DNA of 64,000 nt from Heterodontus francisci (lineage: Eukaryota), in contig NC_090390.1 of assembly GCF_036365525.1 (NCBI RefSeq), positions 71,516,153 to 71,580,152 on the forward strand, given 5' to 3'. The stretch's first letter is position 1. Each line of letters begins with the position of its first letter. A program made the translations under genes and the position numbers. The notes beneath the pieces were generated by a model. The model did no database searches. It was not told where the DNA came from and worked only from the letters and a program-made list of their open reading frames with translations. Positions 11,115 through 22,754 of this stretch are shown here, in pieces.

Positions 11115-12787
11115 GGGGTGATTTTCGGCACCGCGTTCAGCCACCAAAGATCCTCTGAGGTGACCAAGATGGAGTCTTGAGCTGAAACACCAGTTTAATC
11201 TGTGTTTAGCGCAAGACACCGTCTTGTTAAAGGAGTTGAAGCCAGCACTAGGAAGAGCACCCAGAGACTCGTTAAGGGTCTGATTGACACTTAAAATGCC
11301 TCGTGGCACTCGTCAAAGAGGCTGTGTAGCATTTTGGGGCTAGCACCTGTCTTAACAGCCTCTTGTAATGGCGACCAGTGGTTTGGGAGTAAACATAGCG
11401 TTGATGTCGATTTCAATAATAACCTGCCAGAGCTGTGAAGAGAACCTCTGAAACACGTCGGCAAACTTTCTGAGACACTGGACTGAATTTTCACTTTGGA
11501 GGCAGGAAATGAGCTAGGACTGTTTCCGGGTCCCCAATACACCGCATGGGCAAACAGTCACTCATTGGATATTTGATTGGGATGTCCCCTTAATTTGCAT
11601 GGAGATAGGTTTCCTGTCTAATTAGGGTGGTGGGTGAGCTCACAAAGCTTGAGGGCCAATCAGAGGCCTTCCAGCTTCAGAGGAGCACCTGGCTGCAGTA
11701 AATGGTAAGTAACTGAGAGGGTGCTTCGACATGAAGGTGCTATCTCAGCCACCTTTTCAAAAATGTAATTAAAAATAGCCAAAGCTGCCAGGCCACAAAG
11801 CTACAGGATGGTCTTTAGCTGCATCCCCACCCATGCAGGCAGGGAGGGCCTGTAGACCTGTCTGGAGGATTCGCGCCCCAGTCTGTCACTGAATGCCTGC
11901 CTCCAGGCAATTGATCTGCACCCCCCCCCCCCACCATTGCATTCAGAACTGACAGCTGACTGAAAAATCCTTTTGGCCTCCTTAACTTATGTTTAACGAT
12001 GCTCTTAATTAGCCTAATTGGCTGCCACCTTGTGGGGTCAGGCAGCCCTGCCGGCCCCAAACTGGCTTCGGCCAAAATGGTCAATGCCGAACACAGGGTT
12101 GGGAAACTGGCACGCCAGCGGTTCCGGTATTTTTGGGCCCTGCCGCCTCTGTTCCTGGCCTCAACGGGGCCTGAAATTCCTGCCCACTTTGTCAAAACTT
12201 CACCAACACTTGAGCACCATTTATCGTGCAAATTCTCTGAGGGTTTCACCTAAAAAAAGTAAGCGCTGTGCTACTCCTCCTTATTGGACACCTTATAGGA
12301 GTCACCGTGAGAAAGGGATTGCTTGGTCCTGGGCATCTTGTTAGGGCACCCCCTTGGTCTTGACCAGGAATGGGAGGAGGACATGAGGCTAGGCAGAGCA
12401 GCACCAGTTGCTGCAGGAGAGAGGGACAGGAGGGCGAGATGGCGTCCAGAACATCTCTCCTCCTCTGGACCTCCTCCAGCAGGACCTCCAGTGCCACAAC
12501 TGAAAATCTGAGAGACCTCTCCCTGAGCCATCCTACAATGTGCCACTGCATTTCAGCTGGCGCACTTCACACTTTCAGTGGAAGTGGGTGTGAGGAGCCC
12601 ACATATACTGCTCCACAAAAATTGCCTCGAATCAGCACTTGAGTGTTAACCCTGCAAGTGTCTGTTTAGCGCTTTGAGGCAAGTTCAAATTATGGTAATC
12701 AGCAATTAGGACCAAAATTGTGTGTTTCCAAATCCAGACTTGCAAACTGTTAGCACCTGGTTTCACCCATTGGCCAAGATAAACTCC
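11115..12787. mobile_element. Internally deleted Harbinger element with a Myb/SANT gene stub
   Basis: Starts GGGGTGATTTTCGG; minus-strand RFSVVALEVLLEEVQRRRDVL (~12450-12515) resembles the N-terminus of the Harbinger Myb/SANT protein; right boundary uncertain. Confidence 0.6.
11480..12185. mobile_element. Harbinger-type MITE, nested
   Basis: TIRs GGACTGAATTTTCA / TGAAATTCCTGCCC; 3-bp TSD ACT at 11477-11479 and 12186-12188. Confidence 0.7.
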
Positions 12788-12799
12788 TCCATCTCTGTA

Positions 12800-13375
12800 A
12801 TAACACTCATCAACACCCGAGCCTCATGCCATCTGTCACTGAAACCTTCATCCATGCTCTTATCACCTCTACACTCGACTAATCCAATACTCTTCGGGCC
12901 GTGCTCCCACCATCCACCCTCTGCAAACTTCAATTAACCTAAACCTTTGCTGCCCATATACTAACCAACACTATGACCCACAAATCCATCTTTGTGGTTC
13001 TCATGAACCTGCATTACCTCCCAATCAGCCAAACTCTCAAGTTTTAAACTCTTGGCCCTCCCTACCGTTATAACCTCCTCCAGCCCTACAAATTTTCCAT
13101 TCCTCTAGTCTATTATACATTGCTCTTTTCACCTCAGCACTGATGGCTGTGCCACCTACTCCCCACTCTAGAATTCCCTTCTTAAACCCCCTGCCTCTTC
13201 ACCTCCCTCCTTATTTAAGGATCTCGTTAAAACCCATTGCTTTGACCAAGCTTTTTGTCACCAACTCCAGATATATCTTCCTTTTCCTTGGTGCCCATTT
13301 TTGTCTGATTACTTTGCTTTTGCGGAGCATTTTTTGGGATGCATTTCCACGTTAAAGATGTTTTATAAATCTCTC
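12800..13375 (+). mobile_element. L2-type LINE 3' remnant
   Basis: ctgaaaccttcatccatgctcttatcacctctacactcgac (L2 ETLIHAFITSRLD-like) followed by an L2 tail. Confidence 0.7.
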
Positions 13376-13699
13376 TGTACTTGTGAAATTGGGACAAAAT
13401 GAAACTCCTAAACACCCATGTCCATAAACATAGATCCCATCCCAAATTGCAGGTCATTAACATAACTGTGGGTGAGAGCTGATGCCTGTAACAGGACATC
13501 TGAGGCACACCCCCCCCCCCCACACCCCACCCAGCAGAACACCCCACCCCCCCAACAGTCACTAGCAAAATCAATGGAGCACTATGCTGCTCTTGATGGT
13601 ACGGCTGAAGCCTGGAAAGGGCAAATAATAAATAATGCCATTCTTTTCAGATTCCCCTTTGAAAGCCAAAGGAATAAATGCCTTTGCCTAGTCCAGTCC

Positions 13700-14556
13700 T
13701 GAGGCCCTTACAAGATTCTCAAAAGAGCTCACGCTAACTGTCAGCTGACGAGGTCCATCAGGGCTTACAAGGGCGGAATGAGCAGTATTCCTAGGGGAGC
13801 CCATGAATTATATTCAACCACAATCTGTAACTTAATGGCCTGGCATATCCCCCATTCTACCATTACCATCAAGGCAGGGGACCAACCCTAGTTCAATGAG
13901 GAGTGTAGGAGAACATGCCAGGAGCAACACCAGGCATACCTAAAAATGAAGTGCCAACTTGGTGAAGCTACAACACAGGACTACGTGCATGCTAAACAGT
14001 GGATAAGACAGCGATAAGCGATCCCACAACCAACGATCAGATCAAACCTCTGCAGTCCTGTCATATCCAGTCCTGAATGGTTGTGGATTATTAAACAACT
14101 AATCAGAGGAAGAGGCTTCACAAACATCCCCATCCTCAATGCTGGCAGAGCATCATTGATGCTAGTCTTTACACCATTCGATTCACTCCATGTGACATCA
14201 ATTACCAACTGAAAGCACTGGATACAGCAAAAGGCTATGGGCCCTGACAACATCCCAGCTGTAGCACTGAAGACTGCAGAACTAGCCGTACCCTTAGCAA
14301 AGCTGTTCCACTAGAGCTACAATACAGGCATCTACCTGACAATGTGGAAAATTGCCCATGTATGTCCTATCCACAAAAAGCAGGACAAATCCAACCCAGC
14401 CAATTACCAGCCCATCAGTCTACTCTCAGTCATCAACAAAGTGATGGAAGGGGTAGTCGACAGTGCTCTCAAGCAGCATTTACTCAGCAATAACCTGCTC
14501 ACCGATGCTCAGTTTGGGTTCCACCAGGGTCACTTGGCTCCAGACCTCATTACACC
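13700..14556 (+). mobile_element. Decayed internal fragment of the LINE family at 49763-53034
   Basis: MWKIAHVCPIHKKQDKSNPANYQPISLLS...FGFHQGHLAPDLIT matches 51505-51966. Confidence 0.9.
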
Positions 14557-16049
14557 GTTGACCTGCTGCAAATTCTGGATCCTCAGAGGGAGATCCACTC
14601 CCTCTGGCTCCTGAAATGTCTGGACCATAATCCATCACCATTGTGTATTTAGTTTCTGGTGTTTTGGTGCACTGTAGCACTTCTGGGAGAGTGGGGGTTG
14701 TGTACGGGTGGGGTGAAATCCTTCAGTGTATTAGAGCTAACATAACTAAGTATGCATTAATGTGTGTATTTGATTTAATAGAGAATTTGCTAATTATTTC
14801 CTATGCTTCTAAATTCATCCTGTGGATAATCCAGTTTATTGCACATTAAGAGCATCACTTTTGGTTTGATGCTTATGGGCTCATTAAGGACCAATTAATG
14901 ATAAATATGAAAATCTGCTGTTAGCTTGACAGTTAATGTTAATGATGCCTGCAACAAGGGTGTGACTAGGAAATAGAGAGAGCAAGTAGAGGTACCTTGT
15001 GGATCAGAACAGGAGATGGTGTAAAGAGCATCACAGCTGCTGCCATCCATACAGCAGGCAATTGTGTCAGCTAGCGTCAGTTTGATGGGAAATCATATAG
15101 ATATGGGTACTTTAGCATAAACAGAGGCTGGTGCTGACTTCATATTAGAGCTATCTACTCTAATCCCATTTCCCTACTTTTTTCCACATAACTTTTAATA
15201 ATTTTCTTCTCCGAGTATTTATCAATTCCCTCTTAAATGTCACTGTTGACTTGGTTTTAATTGGCATGTGAGGAGCAGTAGAGAAGGGTCAGTGAGATCT
15301 AATGCGAAAAAGGAGAACCTGCTACATCATGTCAAGGGATCAAACTCACCAAGGAGAGATTAGCCTTGCCAAGAAAGAAATAGATGAATTGTGCCATTTC
15401 CTGAAACCAGACCTGTAGCTGAGGAGGAACATCAGCACTCTGTTGCAAGTAATTGTAAAAGTGACATAGTGTTCAGAAACAAAAGAACACTACTCAGAAA
15501 ATGCTGTCAAAAGAGTTCAGCACATCTAGGTGCAATTCCACCGAACGTTCTTATCCCAAAAGAAAGAAAGACTTGCATTTATATAGCTCCTTTCATGACC
15601 TCGGGACATCCCAAAGCACTTTACGACCACTGTTTGAAGTGCTGTCATTGTTGTAATAAGAGAATCTTATGTTTCCAGGCTAACAATTGATTAATACTTG
15701 TGCATATATGGGTTACCTGCTTGAAATGTGGCTCATGATGCCTCTAAACAGTGCTTGCAGCCCTCAACAAACAGACTGCAAACAGGCACTTTGGAGAGGC
15801 AAGAAACCCATTGAGCAGTATCTTGGGTATTGTAACAATGGTTCTGATGTTTGGATTGTACTGTTGCTGCTCCAGTTGTGAGACTTGATAGAATGATAGC
15901 AGTGGGCTGCACACTGATAAACATCAATATTCAAAAGAGCTTATGGTCATTTGTGGATGAGTATCAGCACTAAGACACAGCACAAAAAGAAGAGATAGAA
16001 AATGATGGAGCTGCTAAGTAGCTAGTAGAGACAAATTAGTAGACACTGT

Positions 16050-18360
16050 GGTGAATATAATTAACAGGATTAATTAATGACCTCGTAGTGAAGGCACCCC
16101 GAGGTAGCAGTGATCATAATGTGGTCAAATTTCACATTCAGTTTGAGGGGAAGAAGGGTGAATTTAAGACCAATGTTTTAAACTTAAATAAGGGCAATTA
16201 TGAGGGCATGAAGGCAGAGATGGCTAAAGTAAACTGACAAATTAGGTTAAGGGATAGGTCAGTAGAGATGCAGTGGAATACATATAGGGAGATCTTTCAG
16301 AATACTCAGAAAAGATACATTCCAGTGAGAAAGACTCTAAGGGAAGGACACTCCATCCATGGCTAACTAAGTTCAAGATAGTATCAAATTGGAAGAAAAA
16401 GCATTTAATTTCACAAAGATGAGTGGCAGGTCAGAAGATTGAGCAGAATATAAAGAACAACAAAGAATGACTAAAAGGTTAATAAGGAGGGAGAAAATAG
16501 AGAACGAAAGAAAGCTAGCTAGAAATATAAAGACAGATAGCAAGAGTTTCTACACTTATTTAGAAAGAAAAAGAATAAGTAAAGTAAGTGTTGGCCCTCT
16601 AGAGAGTGAGTCTGGGAATTAATAATGAAAAATAAGGAGATGATGGATGAACTGAACAGATATTTTGCACCTGTCTTCACTCTAGAGGATATAAATAACT
16701 TCCCAGAAATAATCGTGAATCAGGGGGTGAAAGGGAGGGAGGAACTTGAAACAATTACTATCACCAGGGAAAGGGTACTGAAAAAATTATTGGAACTAAA
16801 AGCTGACAAATCCCCAGGTCCTGATGGGCTTCATCCAAGGGTCTTAAAAGAAGTGGCCGCTGAGATAGTAGATGCATTGGTTTTAATTTTCCAAAATGCC
16901 CTAGATTCTGGAAAGGTCCCATCAGATTGGAAAATAGTGAATGTGACTCCTCTGTTCAAGAAAGGAAGGAGACAGAAAGCAGGAAACTACAAGCCAGTTA
17001 GCTTAACATCAGTCATAGGGAAAATGTTGGAATCTATTATCAAGGTGGTTATAACAGGGTACTTAGAAAATCTCAGTGTAATCAGGCAGAGTCAACATGG
17101 TTTTATAAAAGGGAAATCATGTTTGATTAATTTATTGGAGTTCTTTGAGGAAGTAACAAACGTGGATAAAGGGGAACCTGTGGATGCGCTATACTTAGAT
17201 TTCCAGAAGGTGCCACATCAAAACTTACTAAGCAAAATAAGAGTTCATGGTATTGGGAGTAACATATTAGCATGAATAGAGGTTTGGTTAGTTAACACGA
17301 AACAGAGTGTAGGGGTAAATGGATCATTTTAGGTTGGCAAGCGGTAATTAGTGGAGTGCCACAGGGATCAGTGCTGGGGCTTCAACTATTTGCAATTTAT
17401 ATCAATGACTTAGATGAAGGGACTAGATGTATGCTTGCTAAATTTGATGATGACACAAATATAGGTAGGAAAGTAAGTTGTGACAAGGACTTGAGGAGGC
17501 TACAAAGGGATATAGATAGTTTAAGTGAGCGGGCAAAAATTTGGCATATGGAGTTTAATGTGGGAAAATGTGAACTTATCCACTTTGACAGGAAGAATAG
17601 TAAAACAGCTTATTAGATGAATGGAGAGAGACTGCAGAACTCTGAGGTACAGAGGGATCTGAGTGTCCTGGTACATGAATCACAAAAAGTTGGTATGCAG
17701 ATACAGCAAGTGATTAGGAAGTCAAATGGAATGTTGTCATTTAATGCAAGAGGAGTGGAATATAAAAGTAGGGATGTTTTGCTGCAGCTGTATAGGGTAT
17801 TGGTGATATCATATCTGGAGTACTGTGTACAGTTCTGGTCTCCTTATTTAAGAGAGGATATAAATGCATTAGAGGCAGTCCAGAGAAGGTTCAGTCAACT
17901 GATACCTGGGATGGGGAGGATATCTTATGAAGAAAGGTTGGACAGGTTGGGTCTGTATCCATTGGAGTTTAGAAGAACGTGATCTTATTGAAACATATAA
18001 GATCCTGACAGACTTGACAGGATTAATCTCCCTTTGCGGGAGAGACTAGAACTAGGAGACAGAGATTAAATAAAAGGGGTTGCCCATTTAAGATGGAGAT
18101 GAGGAGAAATTTTTTCTCTTAGAGGATGATGAGTCTGTGGAGCTTTCTTCCCCAGAGAGTGGTGGAGGCAGGGTCATTGACTATTTTTAAAGCAGAGGTA
18201 GGCAAATTCTTGACTAACAATGGAGTTAAAGGGTATCAGTGGTAGGTGGGAAAGTGGAGTTGAGGCCACAATCAGATCAGCCATGATCTTATTAAATGGA
18301 GGAGCAGGCACAAAAGGGGCCGAATGGCCTACTCCTGCTCCTAATTCATATGTTCATATG
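16050..18360 (+). mobile_element. CR1 LINE, 5'-truncated ORF2 pseudogene
   Basis: ORFs 16625-17275, 17356-17616 and 17617-17982 carry CR1 RT motifs; 3' end ggccgaatggcctactcctgctcct plus (ATATGTTC) tail. Confidence 0.95.
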
Positions 18361-19005
18361 TAATCTTTAAAGCAGGATTGACTGCAACCAATATGGTGGA
18401 TATGCTGAGTTTAATCTGAGATTAAGATGGGATATAACACACTAGTTATACAGCAAAAACATACGACTGTGACAAGTAGCAACTACTGGTCCAGACTGGC
18501 ATGCGTGAACAGCTCTTTCTTTCTTCTTTCTCTCTTCTTCTCGGTACCTCACGTCTTCATGGCTTCTCAAACTACCTAAGAATGTCAACATGGATCACCC
18601 CTTAGGATTTTCTCTCCACCACCAACTGTACTGAGAACTCCCAAAGTCTCTTACTTTAGACCATTTTTCAGGGTGGACCTAGTTGGATTATTGACAAGGC
18701 TATAAAAATGTACTTTATCATGAAATACTCTATAAAACCTTGAGTTCTTTGTCTAAACCTTGGGTTGAAAAGTCTGCCTTTAATGTCATTCACTTACCAT
18801 TAGCTTCTTGAGCTGTTGTACATACCTTCACCCTTTATCAATCAAGCTCAGGCCTTACTTATCCTTTCCTTATCTCATCTCAAGCTATTCTCCCTGATCG
18901 GCTTCATCTTTCCAGAAACATTCAACCTCTGGCCTTCAAAGCTAACTTGCAGAAGTTTCATCATTTGTATCTGTTCCAGTATCAGTTATTTATGTAAAGT
19001 TTTAT
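18360..19005. repeat. Old ~650-bp interspersed repeat, possible solo LTR
   Basis: Colinear, diverged similarity to 27975-28360 plus 29763-30005 (shared cagcaaaaacatac..ctgtgacaagt, tttgtctaaacc and ctctggccttcaaa). Confidence 0.65.
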
Positions 19006-19370
19006 AGTATGGTTATTTGTTTTAAAGTATCTACCCAATTGCTCTCCCACTAGGCCTCATCTGACCATGGCCTCTTTCTGGGCTAGGTACAGTTGTCATC
19101 ACCTATAGCTCATCATTTCACAGATTTATTTTTGGAGAAGCAAAACCTTCAGCAGTTTCCAGAAAAATGAAACTTACTGTAATAACCTATTATTTTACCT
19201 CTTTCAGGCTGAATTTTATACTCGGCATATTGCTAATTTCTAACACCACAACAGAAAACAATGTTGTTTTGCCAGGCTCTGGAAAATGTACATTTTGAAA
19301 GCAAAGGATGTCTGCAAGGTTCAAGGTAATCTTATGTAATCTTGTGTCTTATAGGTGAAGGTGGACCCCA

Positions 19371-20104
19371 TGGGAGAATTTTACGTTGGCGGCGGGGGTC
19401 TCGGCATCGGGGTAACCGACGCCGAGATCCCCGCATCGCATCTCTTCCAAAAGGCCTGCCACATTTAGTGTCAATCAGGCACTTAAGTGTACAGCGGCAG
19501 GCCTTCCATAGGATTTAGGACACTGTTGCCAGACATCCCGGCCTTGCAAAGCTGCCGGCCAATCAGAGGCTGGCAGCTGCAGCGTCACTGCAGAGGCAGT
19601 GGCTGCTGTTGTAGCTGCACCTGCCAGAGGCTGACAAGCGTCACTGGAGCCAGGATTCAGGTAGGTCAGGGTGGGAGGTGTCTCGTGGGGTGGAGGTTGG
19701 AGGGGAGGGGGGAAGGGAGGGTCGGCAGTAAGGGCAGGGGGGTGGCCCTCAGCGGTTCCCCCCCCCCCCCCACCCCCACTTCCCGATGCCGCATCCCTCG
19801 CTCAGGCACTGTGCCTTTGAAAGATGGTCTCCCACACTCTCCCCCAACCCCCCAACCACCCTGCCCCTGAAGCAGGGAAGGTTTTTCCTACCCTGCTTCC
19901 CGTGCAGCAACAGGGCTGCCCACCGCATGGGTAATTGCGGCTGCAGCAGGAAGAGGCCCTTAATTGGGGTTAATTGCCCAGTTAAGGGTCTCAATTTTTG
20001 GCGAAAACGGGATGGTGCCGGCAACCCTCCCACTACCATTCCACCCAATTTTATGCTCTCCCTGCCTTCAAACCCACCACAGGGCAGAGCATAAAATTCC
20101 ACCC
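19371..20104. mobile_element. Harbinger-type MITE
   Basis: TIR-like ends TGGGAGAATTTTACG / CATAAAATTCCACCC; interior resembles 6471-7224 and 38265-39034. Confidence 0.65.
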
Positions 20105-20619
20105 CGTATGTTTAACACGATGAGCTGCTCCCTGTGCTACACCTGCAATGCATCATGGTCTTTCTACTGTAGTAGACCTACAAAATGTATTACTGGAAGG
20201 GGTAAGCACAGAGTGTTCCAAACGGTCTGTTGGGCACTGCTTGTGACTCATAGAGCCACCTACCTCATATCCAGCCCCATGATATTTGAACCACAAAGCA
20301 GCTCAAAAAGTTTGTCACGATATCTAGGTCTCCCTCAGCAGACACTTCTGCCCTTTACATAACCATGGGGAATGATTTAACCTATGTTTTTGCCTCTATG
20401 TCAATGAGTGTGTCTCTCTGGGATTGTACCCACTTTAATTAATGATAACTATGATGAGACTTCCTGCTGAAAGATGCTACCTCCCCTATGGTTCTGGCAT
20501 ATCTGTTACGAGAGGAGAAGGTGCATGTACATCTTTAGGTATGTCGCTGGCTCCTTCAATTCTATCAGAAATGCAGCATTTCACAGCTCCATTGGCCCAC
20601 AGACCATTATTCATACAGT

Positions 20620-20745
20620 TCTGACAGAAGGTCATCGACTGGAAACATTTACTCTGTTTCCCTCTGTATTAATGATATGAGCATTTCCAGCATTTTCCAT
20701 TTTTATTTCAAAATTCCAGCATTTGCAGTATTTTGCTTTTATCTT
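20620..20745 (+). mobile_element. Penelope-derived short repeat (diverged)
   Basis: gaaggtcatcgactggaaac...ccagcatttgcagtattttgctttt. Confidence 0.7.
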
Positions 20746-21269
20746 ATTTATACAGGGCCATTTTGCTGCCTCAGCAACATTCCTACAGGTACTCTTGAAA
20801 TAGTCACTCTGTAATGTATGACTTTTACAGCATCATGAAATATGCCAGCTTCCAGAAAGCACACAATGTAAAATTGCACAATCCTGCAAGTGAAGTAAAA
20901 AAAAAAGACAATTGGTGATGAATTTCTGCCTGCGTTCTCCCACTTGTCTGCTGTGAGCGGTATTTGCACTGTTTTTTCGGGGCTTTCTGCGGCTCTTCTG
21001 TGAAAGATGTGGCAGACGAGCAGGCAAAGATGTAAGGTTGAGAGTTATTATAATGTGGCTCAATAGCAGAAGACGAAACCTTTATTTCTGACCAGTCATC
21101 CCTATGACTTTAGACAGGCTTGCCTCACGTTCTGCTGTTACACTAACACACAACTGCATGAGACGGTAGTTTTGTGGGTTTATGACTGCAATTATACACA
21201 TTTTGTCAACAACGTGATGGAAAAAGTATAAGTTTCTCTCAGTTGGACTCTTGCTTTGTTAGATAGATG

Positions 21270-21600
21270 TGTGGCTAGGCTCCACTCCAGGAGTTGAGCA
21301 CATAATCTCAGCAGATATTTCATAGTTGTTAAACTGGGGTTGTTAAACTGGGGCCTCCGTCTGTCTGCGCAGGTAGATGTAAAGAATTCTATGACACTCT
21401 TTGAGGAGTGGTTCAGCCCTCAGTCGAAACAAATTAACTGGTCATTTGTTTTATCTGTTTGTGGAACCTCATAGCCACAAATTATCAGCCATATTTGCCT
21501 GCAAAGCAACAGTGAGTTAAATGTAATCCATTGGTTGCAAACTGCTATGGGACATCATGAGGATGTGAAGGGTTCTTTATGAGTGCAACTTCTTTCTTCA
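21270..21600 (+). mobile_element. DeuSINE (SacSINE1-like), decayed
   Basis: Similar to 62690-63076, with a Deu-domain-like body and an L2-like tail. Confidence 0.6.
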
Positions 21601-21659
21601 GCTATAAAACATGACTTCAGGCAACACAAAAGGTGAAACATCTTACCTCATTATCAATT

Positions 21660-22520
21660 AGAAAAACAATTTTATTTATATAGTAACCTTAACATAACAA
21701 AACATCCTAAGGTGCTTTATAGAAGCATTATAATGCAAAATTTGGCACCACGCCACATAAGGAGATGTTAGGGATGCTGAACAAAAGCTTGGTCAAAGAT
21801 ATAGGTTATAAGGAGCGTCTTAAAAGATGAAAGAAAGGTGGTGAGGTTTGGGGAGGGAATTCCAGACCTTAGGCACTTGGCAGCTGAAGGCACCACCACC
21901 AAAGGTGGAACAATTAAAGTCAGGGATGCTCAAGATGCCAGAATTAGAAGAGTGCAGATATCTTGGAGGGTTGTATGACTGGAGAAGAATACAGTGAATG
22001 GTGGGGCCAAGATTTGATTTTTTTTTGACAAGAGGGGTGATGATGGCAGATTTGAAGGGGAGAAGAGAAGAAATACCTGAAGAGAGAGAACCGAGAACAA
22101 TATCAGCTAACACGGGAACCAGGAAGGGGAATTGAGTGATCAGCAGTTTAGTGAGAATATGGTCAAGGGAACAGGAGCTGGGTCTCATGGGCAAGATGAA
22201 CTCGGAGAGGGCATGAGGGGAGATAGGAGAGAAACTAGAAAACAATGCAAGTTCAGGTCTCCTTTAGAGGAGGTTTGGCCTGGTGGACTAGAGGAATAGA
22301 GCAAAGTGGCAGAGGTAGCTGATTAGATGATCTCAATTTTAGTAACAAAGAAGTTTGTGAGCTCCCCACACTTGTTTTTGGAGGTGAGGATGGAGGAGAC
22401 GGGGAGAGGGTTTTAAGAAGATGGTTTACAGTAGAGAAAAGAAGCCAAGGGCTATCTTTGCATTCCAGGATGATCCTGAGATAGTAAGCAGCTTTGGCAG
22501 TTGAGAGCAGGTCTCAATCG
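21660..22520 (-). mobile_element. L2-type LINE remnant with internal deletion
   Basis: ORF 21820-22245 reads PSSCSLDHILTKLL...FKSAIITPLVKK joined to GGGAFSCQVPKVWNSLP. Confidence 0.8.
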
Positions 22521-22754
22521 TGCCAGATGTGGCTACTAAATTCACTAAAATAATCAAATGTGGTTGGTTTCTACACGTTCTCAGATCCCTTTCCCATGAC
22601 AGGCATTTGCAAATCTCTTCCAACAAGGTTTGTCCTACATTCCCACAAGACTTTATCCATAGAAGAATACAAAAAAACAATATTAGAACATTACAATAGT
22701 ACATACAGCATTATCTGTGAGTGGGCGTCTGGCACCAAGAATTTCCTCAGGTAC

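Noticed and set aside
19207-19326. Plus-strand exon candidates (also near 5784 and 10878)
   Set aside because: Acceptor-like signals are present, but the frames I read close quickly and give no recognisable protein.
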